Positions 10,489-21,732 are shown, counted from the stretch's first letter. The stretch is 64,000 bases of DNA from Candidatus Aenigmarchaeota archaeon LH_S7 (GCA_023659895.1 JAGXOL010000003.1:1549-65548), one strand, 5' to 3'. Notes: generated from the sequence alone by a model not told the origin. Numbers and translations: made by a program.

Positions 10489-11618
10489 GAGTAGATTGTA
10501 TTAGTTTGAGGAGGATATTCAATTCAAGGGGGGAAGAAACAACAGAGGCAATAATATTTTCAGGAGATAAGATTGGTATTGGTAGTTCCCCAAGTGGAGC
10601 TAGTGTGGGATCTAAGGAAGCTAAGTTGGTTGATTTAAATGAAGGTATGAAGAATTTTGAAGGGATTAAGAACAAATTTTGTGGAGATTTCTCGCAGGAA
10701 AGTTTTGATGAATTGTTAGAAAAAAACTTGGATAAGCTGGGAGGAAATATAACTACTGCTTTGTCTTTTGCTTATTTTAATTTGGATAAGGAAAGCTTGG
10801 TTTATAAAACTGAAGGAGAGATGCCTTATCCTTTGGGAAATGCTGTTGGTGGAGGAGTTCATTCAGGAAAAATGGAAATACAGGAAATCTTAGTTTTGCC
10901 TGTTAACGCTAAGAATGTTTATGAGGCAATCAAAACAAATTTTGAGATCTGGAAGGAAATAAAAGAAAAATACAAAGATAAATTCTTTGGAGTAAATGAT
11001 GAAGGAGCTTTAGTCATGGATTTTGGGAATGAGGAAGCATTAAAAATTGTTTCAGAGATTGCTGGTAAATACAAAGCGAGGATTGGTATTGATTTAGCTG
11101 CCAGTGAGTTGTTTAAGGATGGAGCTTACTGTTATGGTGAGAAAAAACTGAGTAAAGAAGATCAGTTTGAATTAGTTTCTAAATGGATAGAAGATTATGA
11201 TTTGTATTACATTGAAGATCCTTTTGAAGAGAATGACAATGAAAACTTCAAGAAATTGAGAGAAAAATTTGGTGATAAATGTTTGATTGTGGGGGATGAC
11301 CTTTTTGCAACTCATAAGGAAAACTTAGATAATGAAATCGCAAATTCTGTGATTGTAAAACCTAATCAAATTGGCACTATTAGTGGAGCTATCAAATGTA
11401 TTGAAAAAACTAAGAAACTAGGAATGGTTCCAGTTTTATCTCATCGATCTGGAGAGACTTGTGACACAACAATTGCTTTCTTATCCTTGCTGACTCCAAT
11501 CGCGAAGTTTGGGATTTCTCAGATTCGAGTTGCTAAGTTGAATGAATTGATAAGGATTTGGGAACTTTTAGAGATATGCAACAAGGACAAGGAGCCAAGG
11601 ATGGCTAAATTAAAGTAA
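10485..11618 (+). CDS. eno: Enolase
   Basis: IFNSRG, PSGASVG, YIEDPF, IVGDDL, VKPNQIG, SHRSGET. Confidence 0.93.
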   Translation: MRVDCISLRRIFNSRGEETTEAIIFSGDKIGIGSSPSGASVGSKEAKLVDLNEGMKNFEGIKNKFCGDFSQESFDELLEKNLDKLGGNITTALSFAYFNLDKESLVYKTEGEMPYPLGNAVGGGVHSGKMEIQEILVLPVNAKNVYEAIKTNFEIWKEIKEKYKDKFFGVNDEGALVMDFGNEEALKIVSEIAGKYKARIGIDLAASELFKDGAYCYGEKKLSKEDQFELVSKWIEDYDLYYIEDPFEENDNENFKKLREKFGDKCLIVGDDLFATHKENLDNEIANSVIVKPNQIGTISGAIKCIEKTKKLGMVPVLSHRSGETCDTTIAFLSLLTPIAKFGISQIRVAKLNELIRIWELLEICNKDKEPRMAKLK

Positions 11619-11635
11619 ATTTTAGCACTTAAGTT

Positions 11636-12103
11636 ATGAGACTCAAATTATTCAAGAACAAGGAGCAGAGAAAGAAGTTCTTGATGAGCATTTTCGTGTT
11701 AATGATGTTTGGAAGTGTTTTCGCTTTCCTATTTGGTTATCCTTTCATGTCAGCAATGAATAATCCAGAAGAAACAGTTACTGAGCAGGACATGCTAAAA
11801 AAGTTTTCAAATCAAGGTATCTTTGAAGGAGAATTAAGTACCCGCGAGAAGAATTTTTTAATTCAAAAAGGTATCACTATAGGTACTTATTATTACACAG
11901 GTTCCTCAGATTCCTTTGAGCTGGAACAACTTGTTCAAAGATTAGGGAGACAATTAGTAATAGAAAAAGTTAAGGGGAACGAGACAAAGATTGAGTTTAT
12001 TAGTAACAGGGATTCTGTTATGGTTAAAAATATGAGTGATGAAAATGTTTTAAACGCTTTGTGTGAGGTTCTGTATCAGCCTCCTCCTGAGTGTGCTCCT
12101 TAA
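11636..12103 (+). CDS. Hypothetical protein with N-terminal TM anchor
   Basis: 155-aa ORF, hydrophobic N-terminus, C-terminal Cys pair. Confidence 0.6.
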   Translation: MRLKLFKNKEQRKKFLMSIFVLMMFGSVFAFLFGYPFMSAMNNPEETVTEQDMLKKFSNQGIFEGELSTREKNFLIQKGITIGTYYYTGSSDSFELEQLVQRLGRQLVIEKVKGNETKIEFISNRDSVMVKNMSDENVLNALCEVLYQPPPECAP

Positions 12104-12128
12104 TTATTTATTATTTAAAGATTCTATT

Positions 12129-12329
12129 ATGGAAGATCCTCAGGTTTATATATTTATAGTAATAGGAGCTTTCTGTCTATTGATTGCAAGTTTGTTTGCT
12201 GGTAATGCTGAAAGCAATGTTCTTGGGGCAACAGAATTCTCCTTTAGCATAACCTTATTCATTTCATTTGTGCTAATAATCATAGGTGGAGTATTCTGGG
12301 TTTCTGCTGCAAAGATTTTGAACAAATAA
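12129..12329 (+). CDS. Small two-TM membrane protein
   Basis: ATG at 12129, two hydrophobic helices. Confidence 0.55.
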   Translation: MEDPQVYIFIVIGAFCLLIASLFAGNAESNVLGATEFSFSITLFISFVLIIIGGVFWVSAAKILNK

Positions 12330-12330
12330 T

Positions 12331-13290
12331 TTATTTTTCTATTCTAACACCCTCAGCATTAGGGCTTACATTTATAACCGCACCTAGTTGATTGATTGCT
12401 TTTTCCACACCTTTTCTTTTTTCCTCTGGTACCAAAGCTATCATGCAGTCTCCTCCACCAGCTCCTGAAAGTTTTGCTCCGTAAGCACCTGATTTTTTCG
12501 CTTTCTGGATCAAACTCTCAAGTTCCAAGGAGCTCACACCAAATGAGTTTAATAAACCATGATTAAAATTCATTAATTCTCCTAAGACTTCCAAATTACT
12601 GGTTTCAAAATGTTCTCTGCTTTGAGAAACAATTTTATCACTTATATCAAATTTAGCATCAATCAATTCCTTGTACTTTTCCCTTTTCTTTGCGAGACCT
12701 TTTACTAAAGTTGGTGTGTCTCCTTTAACCCCTGTGTAACCAACAACTAAAGGAAGCTTTTTGAGATTCATTTGCTTGATTTTCTTTCCACCTCCAACAA
12801 AATAAATTGTGCCTCCATAAATTGCAGCTGCAACATCAAAACCGCTTCCCACACTTTGTATGTCCAAGACTGTTTTGTAAGACAAGTCAAAAACTTCATT
12901 TTTACTCATCTCAACATTGAACAATTCTGAAAGACCTTTTATTGTGGAAACAGTCACAGCTGAAGAGCTTCCAAAACCGAACTTGCTTGAGAACTTGCTT
13001 TTTGTCTCAATATCTAATCCAGATCTTACATTGTATTTTTTGAAGAAGTTTTTAATTGCTGTTAAAACAAACTTGACTTCTTTTGGATTCTCCTTGTCTA
13101 ATTCTTCTGTGGAAGTTATATAAGTTCCAATTTTCATTTGCGGAGCATTAATTATAATTTTATTGTCTGTTCTTCTTTCCATGTTTACAGACATTCTGTG
13201 GTTTACAGCAGTAACGATACAAGGTCTTCCATAAACTACTGCATGGTCTCCAAAAAGCATTAGCTTTCCAGGTGCAGATATCCTCACCAT
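12331..13290 (-). CDS. GHMP kinase, probably phosphomevalonate kinase
   Basis: SAPGKLMLFGDHAVVYG, GFGSSSAVTV, GSGFDVAAAIYGG (PMK-type), KLSGAGGGDC. Confidence 0.75.
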   Translation of the reverse strand: MVRISAPGKLMLFGDHAVVYGRPCIVTAVNHRMSVNMERRTDNKIIINAPQMKIGTYITSTEELDKENPKEVKFVLTAIKNFFKKYNVRSGLDIETKSKFSSKFGFGSSSAVTVSTIKGLSELFNVEMSKNEVFDLSYKTVLDIQSVGSGFDVAAAIYGGTIYFVGGGKKIKQMNLKKLPLVVGYTGVKGDTPTLVKGLAKKREKYKELIDAKFDISDKIVSQSREHFETSNLEVLGELMNFNHGLLNSFGVSSLELESLIQKAKKSGAYGAKLSGAGGGDCMIALVPEEKRKGVEKAINQLGAVINVSPNAEGVRIEK

Positions 13291-13381
13291 AGTAGTTAAT
13301 CTAATATTATTTAAACTTAAAGTTTCAGTATATTCGCGGATTGTCGAGGATAAATTTAAAATAGGTTATTATACAATAGTT

Positions 13382-13867
13382 ATGAAACATGTAGTTGGTG
13401 TGAAATACAAATCAAGGGAAAATGGGATCTTTGTGTCTGAAAGGAGAGGTATTGAGAAGGAATATGCAGAGAAGAATGGGATCCCTCACGAGACTGTCTT
13501 AAACATTGTATTGAATGAAGAAGGTAAGATTTTAAGGATAATGCGTTCTTCAAGTAATTCAACTTACCCAGATTATAATTCTGTTCCTGCGGGACATGTG
13601 GATTGTGATGAAGATAAGTATGAGAAATTTAAAACGCTAATACCTGAATCATCTGATGAAGCAGCTTTGAGAGAGCTTGAAGAGGAGACTGGTTTTAAGC
13701 CAATTTCTTATAAGAGATTTAATGACAAAGTTGTTGATGGAAAGCATTTGGGTTATGTTTATGTTATGTGTGTTAAAGGAGATAAAGCTACATTCAATTA
13801 TGAGATAGACCCTAAAAATTCTGGATTTGAAACTCCTGAAAGGTATATTGAAAAAGTTGAAGAATGA
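13382..13867 (+). CDS. Nudix hydrolase, IDI-1-like fold
   Basis: AALRELEEETG Nudix box; PHETV..IVLNEEGKIL...R...TYP...AGHV resembles IDI-1/YfcD. Confidence 0.7.
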   Translation: MKHVVGVKYKSRENGIFVSERRGIEKEYAEKNGIPHETVLNIVLNEEGKILRIMRSSSNSTYPDYNSVPAGHVDCDEDKYEKFKTLIPESSDEAALRELEEETGFKPISYKRFNDKVVDGKHLGYVYVMCVKGDKATFNYEIDPKNSGFETPERYIEKVEE

Positions 13868-13953
13868 AAATTTTACCCCATCTTCCAAAAAACTTTTTGA
13901 GGATTTTCTTGAAGAATATTCAACAACTGAAAAAACAAAAGATCTCTACGATT

Positions 13954-14967
13954 CTATGATCCAATCTTAGTTCCACCCACACCTAACTCTGTTTTATAAA
14001 CCTTGTAACCTTTTTCTTCGTAGATTTTCTTTAGATTATCAATTTGATCTTCTTTTAGCAAAACTATACAACAGCCCCCTCCCCATCCTCCAGTTGGTTT
14101 CGCGTACGAGTTATTTTTTATTGCGGTTTCAACAATGTCATCTAGTTTTTTTGTGGAAATTTTAAGTTTCTTTAACTCTCGATAGAAATTAACCATTGCC
14201 TTCCCTAATGAATTATAATCATGTGATCTAATTGCCTTTAAACTTTCTTGTGAAATTTGTTCAAGATCTTCTAAAATAGGCTCAACGAAAGAAGGATTTT
14301 CTTGTTTTTGTTTCTTCGCATATTCTACCATTTCTCCTGTTTTTGCGGGTTCACCACTTTCAACAATTAACAAAGGAGCTTTGAATTCTGTTTCTAAGGG
14401 TGTTATTCCTTCACTTTTCCTGTAAGTTATCCATCTTCCATTAGCAATTGTGTATGCATCAATTCCTGAGGGGGTTCCGTGAACTACTTTGTCCCCCTCG
14501 TTCGCGAAAAAACCTATCTCTTTTTTTGACAATTCTAAATCCAAAAATGTTGAAACCCCTTTTGCGATAGCATTGAAAACTGAAGAACTTGAACCAAGGT
14601 TTTTTGGGACTTTAGAATCAATCTCCACTCTTAGACCTTTAAAATCATATAATTCCATTATTTTTCCTACAGTCACGAAACTAGGTAACAAGCCACTTCC
14701 TTTGAAAAGTTTTTTCACCTTATCAATTTTTCCTTCTTCTTGAAAATTCGTGATTTTTTCAACAGTGTTAAAAATCTCATATTTACTCATTTCTTTCTCA
14801 ATTGAATAATTTCTTGAGATTATCTTTATTGAATTTCTTTTGTTAGGAAAAACTTTAACTGAAGTGTATTTTCCTATTGCGGTGGCTATCCCTAACTTAT
14901 CATAAACAACGGAGTGTTCCCCTAAAAGAATTATCTTTCCTGGGGCTTTTGAAATTATAGGACCCAT
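13954..14967 (-). CDS. mvk: Mevalonate kinase
   Basis: APGKIILLGEHSVVY, NLGSSSS, HGTPSGID, KPTGGWGGGC. Confidence 0.82.
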   Translation of the reverse strand: MGPIISKAPGKIILLGEHSVVYDKLGIATAIGKYTSVKVFPNKRNSIKIISRNYSIEKEMSKYEIFNTVEKITNFQEEGKIDKVKKLFKGSGLLPSFVTVGKIMELYDFKGLRVEIDSKVPKNLGSSSSVFNAIAKGVSTFLDLELSKKEIGFFANEGDKVVHGTPSGIDAYTIANGRWITYRKSEGITPLETEFKAPLLIVESGEPAKTGEMVEYAKKQKQENPSFVEPILEDLEQISQESLKAIRSHDYNSLGKAMVNFYRELKKLKISTKKLDDIVETAIKNNSYAKPTGGWGGGCCIVLLKEDQIDNLKKIYEEKGYKVYKTELGVGGTKIGS

Positions 14968-15194
14968 TATATTAATAATACATTTTTTTTCTCTGTTTCT
15001 CTGAAAGACTTTGCAGAGCTGTATTTTTCTTGAAAGTACTGAGTTATTTCAGGTACGATTAAGGTTCTATACTCCTTGCTATTATTAATTTCATATGAAT
15101 CCATCAATTCTTCTTCTTTTTGCTCCCATTCATCTATAGGTACATTTATTATCTCTTCTGGGTCATCATCATTTATCTGTACATAAGCTGACAT
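14967..15194 (-). CDS. Hypothetical acidic protein
   Basis: 75-aa ORF abutting mvk. Confidence 0.4.
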   Translation of the reverse strand: MSAYVQINDDDPEEIINVPIDEWEQKEEELMDSYEINNSKEYRTLIVPEITQYFQEKYSSAKSFRETEKKNVLLI

Positions 15195-15210
15195 TAAAAT
15201 AAAGATAACA

Positions 15211-15450
15211 TTACTTTAAATGTTGGCTTAATTCAAGTATATCTTTAAAAATGTAATCTGGGCCTAATGATTCTAAATGATGCTTTAATCCCATTCCTGA
15301 AAGAACTGCTATTGAATAAACTTGTGCATCTTTTGCAGCTAAGATATCAGTTGTTGAATCTCCAATATAAGCAACTTCTTTATTAGAATAACCCAAACTT
15401 TTATAAATTTTGGTGATTCCTTCTCCAGAAGGTTTTTTAGCTTCTTTATG
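15211..15450 (-). pseudogene. C-terminal fragment of a HAD (Gph-like) phosphatase
   Basis: AKKPSGEGI (motif III) and YIGDSTTDILAAKDA (motif IV); no start of its own. Confidence 0.75.
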
Positions 15451-15485
15451 AATAGTTTTGTATATTCTAATTGATAATTACTCAT
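15425..15485 (-). pseudogene. N-terminal stub of a RelE/ParE-like toxin
   Basis: ATG at 15485 overlapping the antitoxin stop reads MSNYQLEYTKLFIKKLKNL, then runs out of frame into the HAD fragment. Confidence 0.5.
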
Positions 15486-15741
15486 CTTTTAATTGTTTTC
15501 TTAAATTATTTAGGGTTGTTGGAATGGTTTCTTTCTTTTTGTATTGTTTTAACCCTTCCTCCAAATTTTTCCTAAAATCTTCATCAGATAACATTTCTAA
15601 AGTATCTATAAAATCATCTAATTCTTCTCTGACTCTTAGAAGATGAAAAACAGATTCTTCAATTATTCTTGACTCTGCAAAAATTTTTGGGTTTATTCCT
15701 TTTAATTCTCTGTGAAGAGACTTTTTTATTTGTTTCTCCAT
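15478..15741 (-). CDS. Putative type II antitoxin
   Basis: C-terminal DFIDTLEMLSDEDFRKNLEEGLKQYKK pattern typical of RelE-associated antitoxins. Confidence 0.55.
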   Translation of the reverse strand: MEKQIKKSLHRELKGINPKIFAESRIIEESVFHLLRVREELDDFIDTLEMLSDEDFRKNLEEGLKQYKKKETIPTTLNNLRKQLKDE

Positions 15742-15847
15742 AATTTACTTTATTTTTATATATTAAAAACTAAAAAAAATTAGTATTGGATATAGTTATC
15801 TTCGGTTTTCTTGACCTCTTTTAGCTTTTTATTTGCCATAAATATAT

Positions 15848-16129
15848 TTAAATACTTATTTCTTCCTTTTCTTTTAAAATCTCTTTCAAGTTTTCGTTTT
15901 GATTATTGATTGCAATCATTACTTTTATTAGGTTTTTTGATAAATTGTATTTACCTATCCCTCTCAGATTCCAAAGTTCCTTAGAATCGTAATTAAACTC
16001 TAAATCAGCTGCATTAAAACCTCTCTTAAGTCCTTCATACATTGCTAAACTTGAATCTCTGAATACTCCTCCTAAGTCAAAAACCAAAAGTCTTACTGTA
16101 CTTTGTAAAGACACAGGTAACACTTTCAT
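15848..16129 (-). pseudogene. N-terminal fragment of a HAD phosphatase
   Basis: RLLVFDLGGVFRDS motif I; stops before motifs II-IV. Confidence 0.7.
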
Positions 16130-16299
16130 AGAGGTATTAAGATAAAAAACTTTAACTAGTCTCAACTGAATTCACCTATCTACTCTCAAACCCAAAAATT
16201 AAAAAAATCAAGGCTGAAACAAAAGCAAAAACATCACTGCCAAGGCAATACTTTTTAATCTTATAATAATACTAAGTAATTATATATAAAGACTTTATA

Positions 16300-16536
16300 A
16301 AAGTTTTGCACTTTTAATATAAACCTTCCATAGCGGTTTTAACCACTTCCCTAATATCCCAATTTTCTCATACAATTCAATACTCCACTCAACAAACTTT
16401 CCAACAATTCTTCCTTTTACTGCTCTGACAAAGTGATTAAAACAAGGTTTGTTAAAGAGAGTTCTGAATTTTGACAAAGAAGGAATTATTGATATATTTG
16501 CTAAATATCCTTAAAAACTAAAAAGTGCAAAACTTA
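16300..16536. mobile_element. MITE-like internally deleted IS, copy 1
   Basis: 15-bp perfect TIR aagttttgcactttt (16301-16315) / aaaagtgcaaaactt (16521-16535); second diverged copy at 29328-30772. Confidence 0.8.
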
Positions 16537-16550
16537 TATAATATAATTAG

Positions 16551-17672
<1,122 letters not shown>

Positions 17673-17687
17673 TCACTTAGATAAAAA

Positions 17688-17831
17688 TTAATTGTATTTC
17701 TTGAACCCTAGCTTCCTTGCAACAGCTCTGAAGCAGTGCCTGCAATAATTGATTTTGAACATAGTTATTACTCCACCATATCTTCCACACCTTCTACATC
17801 GAGCAGGAGATTTTTTCTTTTTCTCAGCCAT
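17688..17831 (-). CDS. rps14: 30S ribosomal protein uS14 (not in ORF track)
   Basis: [47 protein letters not shown]. Confidence 0.93.
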   Translation of the reverse strand: MAEKKKKSPARCRRCGRYGGVITMFKINYCRHCFRAVARKLGFKKYN

Positions 17832-17858
17832 AACTTACTAAAAAAATTAATAAATCCT

Positions 17859-18479
17859 TTATTGATATCCATGATTGTCTTCAGGAAGAACTTCAAAACC
17901 AGAGCCCATGAATAATTTTCTCATAAAATCTTTACAAGTGTTTATTGTTTCAGTAAAATACTCAAATGGACTTTCACTTTCATTAAGAAAGTGGGAATAA
18001 TTTTTTTCTGGTAAGAAACCTTCTATCCTGAAAATTTCAGGATTTGCAGTAGGATATATGTACCATTCAATATAAAACCTTTTTATATCAGGTAAATCCC
18101 CCAATATTCTTTCAAGGAATTCCTTATTTGAATTATAACCTCCATTAAGTAAAGCTATAGGATAAAATTTAATTCCACTCCAATCCAAATGAAAATATTC
18201 CCTTAAATTTTTTTCTTTCCCTTCACAAGGTTGACTAGAACTTCCTCTGCCTTCAAAAGGATCTTTTTCAAGACCAAATACATATTTTTGAGTATTTATG
18301 ATAATTTCTTTTTCTTGTTTATAACTCAATTCTAAATTTTCTTTTATTAATTTAGGATCCTTTTTCACGTAAATACCTCCTATATTAGTTACAGGCTCTT
18401 CTTCTGGGTCCGCTTTCTTTAAATAAAAATTTCTATTTAAGTTTGATTCAGGATATATAAAATCAGTTTTTGAATTCAT
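17859..18479 (-). CDS. Hypothetical protein
   Basis: 206-aa ORF, no motif recognised. Confidence 0.55.
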   Translation of the reverse strand: MNSKTDFIYPESNLNRNFYLKKADPEEEPVTNIGGIYVKKDPKLIKENLELSYKQEKEIIINTQKYVFGLEKDPFEGRGSSSQPCEGKEKNLREYFHLDWSGIKFYPIALLNGGYNSNKEFLERILGDLPDIKRFYIEWYIYPTANPEIFRIEGFLPEKNYSHFLNESESPFEYFTETINTCKDFMRKLFMGSGFEVLPEDNHGYQ

Positions 18480-18521
18480 AACTAATAGATAATCATTAAT
18501 AAATATTAAAACATTTTAATT

Positions 18522-18830
18522 ATGAAAATCCTTCTTTTTGTTTCTTCAAATTGTCCGCACTGTCCGAATGCGGAGAAAGTTGCTAAAAAGGTTGCTTATG
18601 AATACCATAAAAAAGGACTAAGCTTCAAAAAAGTGAGAATGAAGACCTCTGAGGGAAAAGAACTTGGAGCTAAGTATAACATAATGGCAAATCCAACAAC
18701 ATTATTTCTTGATGAGGATGATAATGAAATTCAGAGAATCACTGGAACTCCGGACGAGGATTCTTTCAGAAAAAAGATTGAAAAAAATTTTGAGCCAAAA
18801 AAGTCCTTATTCAAAAGATTATTTAGTTAG
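18522..18830 (+). CDS. Thioredoxin-family protein
   Basis: CPHC motif and cis-Pro segment YNIMANPT. Confidence 0.85.
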   Translation: MKILLFVSSNCPHCPNAEKVAKKVAYEYHKKGLSFKKVRMKTSEGKELGAKYNIMANPTTLFLDEDDNEIQRITGTPDEDSFRKKIEKNFEPKKSLFKRLFS

Positions 18831-18842
18831 ACTTTTGAGTGT

Positions 18843-19604
18843 TTAAAAATGATCCTCAAAAACTTGTTTTTGAACCTGATAGAATACTCCAATCGGAATT
18901 TTTCCATTAAAACCATTAACTTTCTCCATTGCCTTTTCCAAATTGTCCAGGTCTTTTTCTTTCATCTCGCTAACCTTTTTATTTAGCTCCTGGTATGTAT
19001 TGTGAAAAGTCACGCAAGGTTGCATTACTTCTACCAGAGAAAATCCTTTGTGTTTAACAGCTCTTTTAATTAATTCTTTTAGATGATTTGCTTTCCCTGA
19101 ATAACCTCGTGCAACAAAACTTGCCCCGCTAGCAAGCATGATTTTTAATGGATTTATTGGCTCTTCAACACTTCCTCTAGGGGAAGACTTTCCTTTGAAT
19201 CCCTTTTCAGAGGTGGGTGTAAATTGTCCTGTGGTCAAAGCAAAAACCTCATTGTCATGAATTATCATTGTTATATCAGTGTTTCTTTTCGCGCTGTGTA
19301 TTAAATGTGCTATCCCTTCTGCATAGGAATCTCCATCCCCAGAAAAACCAATAACTTTCAAATCAGGATTTGCAAGCTTCATTCCAGTTAGAGGTGGTGG
19401 TACCCTGCCGTGTAAAGAATAATAACTGTTTACATTAATATAATCTATAATTTTTGCGTGACAACCTATCCCTGCTGCTAAAACAAAATTCTCCTTCTTG
19501 ATTCCTTCTTTGTCCATCTCTGTTATTGCCTGTTTCACAGCATTCATTATCCCAAAGTTTCCGCAACCTGGACACCAAGTTATCTTCGCGTTCGTATCTA
19601 ACAT
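18843..19604 (-). CDS. korB: 2-oxoacid:ferredoxin oxidoreductase beta subunit
   Basis: WCPGCGNFG, GIGCH, LHGR, GDGD TPP motif. Confidence 0.92.
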   Translation of the reverse strand: MLDTNAKITWCPGCGNFGIMNAVKQAITEMDKEGIKKENFVLAAGIGCHAKIIDYINVNSYYSLHGRVPPPLTGMKLANPDLKVIGFSGDGDSYAEGIAHLIHSAKRNTDITMIIHDNEVFALTTGQFTPTSEKGFKGKSSPRGSVEEPINPLKIMLASGASFVARGYSGKANHLKELIKRAVKHKGFSLVEVMQPCVTFHNTYQELNKKVSEMKEKDLDNLEKAMEKVNGFNGKIPIGVFYQVQKQVFEDHF

Positions 19605-19605
19605 T

Positions 19606-21273
19606 TTATTTCACCTCTTTTTTCAGCTGGGAATTTAACTCAGAAGGCTCAAATTCCCTACCATCATATCTTAATATTTTTTTATCTACTTTAATTCCAG
19701 TCTTTCCTGCAATTAGTTCACATAACTGACCAGTAACATTTCCCTCAACTCCAATAATCTTTTTCGCTTTTTTTAGTTGAGCCATAACTTTCTTTTTTGG
19801 AAAAGGTTCTAGGTAAATAATTTGAACAACCTTCACATTATTTAGACCTTTCACAGCTTCTAAAACACTACCTATTGAAGAACCCCAAGTAACAATCACA
19901 TTTTCTCCCTTACCATAAACCTTAATTGTTTCTAATCCATCAACCTCTTTTTCAATATGTTTCACTTTGGAGAATCTTTTATCCTGCATCTTTTTTATAT
20001 TTTCCGCATCCTCTATAGCAATTCCAAATTCATCATGCTCATAGCTTATACTTTTCACTACAACATTTTTTGTTCCAGGGAAAGCCAAAGGTGAAATCCC
20101 ATCCTTACTAATTTTATACCTTTTGTAATCCTTTCCTTTAAACATCTTTTCCTTTCCCTTTTTGACTTTTTTGTAATCAACAACAACATTCATCCAATTC
20201 TCACTCAAATTCTTATCAGCCATTAAGATTGCAGGGACTTGATATTTCCAAACCAAATTCAATAGTTCACCTGACTTGTAAAAAGCTTGGTCTGGAGTAC
20301 CTGGAGCAACCACTATTCTTGGGAATTCTCCATGACCTGCATTCAACAAAAAGTTCATGTCTGCCTGACACGTATAAGTTGGAACACCTGAACTAGGTCC
20401 TGCTCTCTGGCTTTCCACCACAACAATTGGATTTTCACTCATCCCAGCAAGACTAAAACCTTCTTGCATCAAAGCGAATCCACCACCAGAAGTTCCCACC
20501 ATTGTTCTTTTCCCTGCATATGCACTACCAAGTCCCATGTTAATCACGGAAATTTCATTTTCTGGTTGAACAACTTTTAGTCCATAGTCAGGAGCTTTCT
20601 TAGCTAAATAATGTAATATTGAAGAAGAAGGAGTCATAGGATAAGCAATATAAACTTCCATACCTACCTTAACTGCGCCTTCAGCAATTTCTTCATTACC
20701 TGTGGTTAGCTTTTTTGCTTTCCCTTTCTTTTTCAACTTTAAGAGTGGTTTGTAATTTTCTTTCGTATAATTATAAGCTAGTTTAGCAATCTTAACATTT
20801 GGCTCAGCTTTGTTCTTAAAAATAAGTTTGAAAACATGAGATAACTTATCAAAATCCAAGCCTAGCAAGTAACATAAAGCTCCAGCAAAAGAAGAATTTC
20901 TCATCCTTTTAGGAACATCAGCTTTTTTCATGAATTCTTCTGCAGGAATTCCAATTGAATTCTTATCCTCTATTTGAAAGACAGAGGAATCAAAAATTAT
21001 GTAATGCTCTTTCTTCAAGTCTTTTTTGTGTTTTTCCACAGTGTTTTTGTCCAGAGCAATTAAGATATCTGTTTCCTTGTAAGCTGCGTAAACTTTTTCT
21101 TCTGAAAAAGTAACCCTGTTAAAATTGTGTCCCCCACTTATTAGTGAGGGATAATCATCAAGAATAACAACATTATAACCAAGTTCATTAAGAAGCTCAC
21201 CTACAACCTTTCCAGAAGCTTTCACACCTTGGCCAGCTTTACCACCTAAAGTAATCGTATGAATCGAAGCCAT
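19606..21273 (-). CDS. korA: 2-oxoacid:ferredoxin oxidoreductase alpha (gamma-alpha fusion) subunit
   Basis: GGKAGQGV, AYPMTPSS, TSGGGFALM, QRAGPSSGVPT. Confidence 0.92.
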   Translation of the reverse strand: MASIHTITLGGKAGQGVKASGKVVGELLNELGYNVVILDDYPSLISGGHNFNRVTFSEEKVYAAYKETDILIALDKNTVEKHKKDLKKEHYIIFDSSVFQIEDKNSIGIPAEEFMKKADVPKRMRNSSFAGALCYLLGLDFDKLSHVFKLIFKNKAEPNVKIAKLAYNYTKENYKPLLKLKKKGKAKKLTTGNEEIAEGAVKVGMEVYIAYPMTPSSSILHYLAKKAPDYGLKVVQPENEISVINMGLGSAYAGKRTMVGTSGGGFALMQEGFSLAGMSENPIVVVESQRAGPSSGVPTYTCQADMNFLLNAGHGEFPRIVVAPGTPDQAFYKSGELLNLVWKYQVPAILMADKNLSENWMNVVVDYKKVKKGKEKMFKGKDYKRYKISKDGISPLAFPGTKNVVVKSISYEHDEFGIAIEDAENIKKMQDKRFSKVKHIEKEVDGLETIKVYGKGENVIVTWGSSIGSVLEAVKGLNNVKVVQIIYLEPFPKKKVMAQLKKAKKIIGVEGNVTGQLCELIAGKTGIKVDKKILRYDGREFEPSELNSQLKKEVK

Positions 21274-21369
21274 AAACTATTATAACAGAAATATAAATAA
21301 TTTTTAGATTTATTCCACAATTGTATAAGGTTCTTACTATTATATTTATATTTTAAGGCAAATCTAATT

Positions 21370-21732
21370 ATGATTGATGATTCCATAACTAATCCTAAAT
21401 CTTACTCGGAGAATATGAATCTCCGAAATATACTTGTTGAAGGTCCAGAAGAAGTTGATCTTGATGAGGAAGAAAGAGAGGAGAGAGAAGGATGGACTTG
21501 CTTTAAGGAATATCAATATAAAGTAATAAAAGAAGATTTCCATCCATATCTTTTAAAGATTTTGTGCAACTATGGACCTCTTGGTGGTTCGGCTGTGAAT
21601 GATCCTTCAAATGGAGATATGTGGATTAAAGAAGGGAGCAATTATCCTGTTGGAAAGAACATGGAAGAATTAAAAATAGAAGACTTGTTCCGCCTCAGAA
21701 ATGTAGGGGATACAGAAATGTACCAAAAGTAA
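21370..21732 (+). CDS. Hypothetical acidic protein
   Basis: 120-aa ORF. Confidence 0.45.
   Translation: MIDDSITNPKSYSENMNLRNILVEGPEEVDLDEEEREEREGWTCFKEYQYKVIKEDFHPYLLKILCNYGPLGGSAVNDPSNGDMWIKEGSNYPVGKNMEELKIEDLFRLRNVGDTEMYQK

Noticed and set aside
16295..16477. 60-aa ORF as a real gene
   Set aside because: Lies inside the MITE and differs by a frameshift from the second copy
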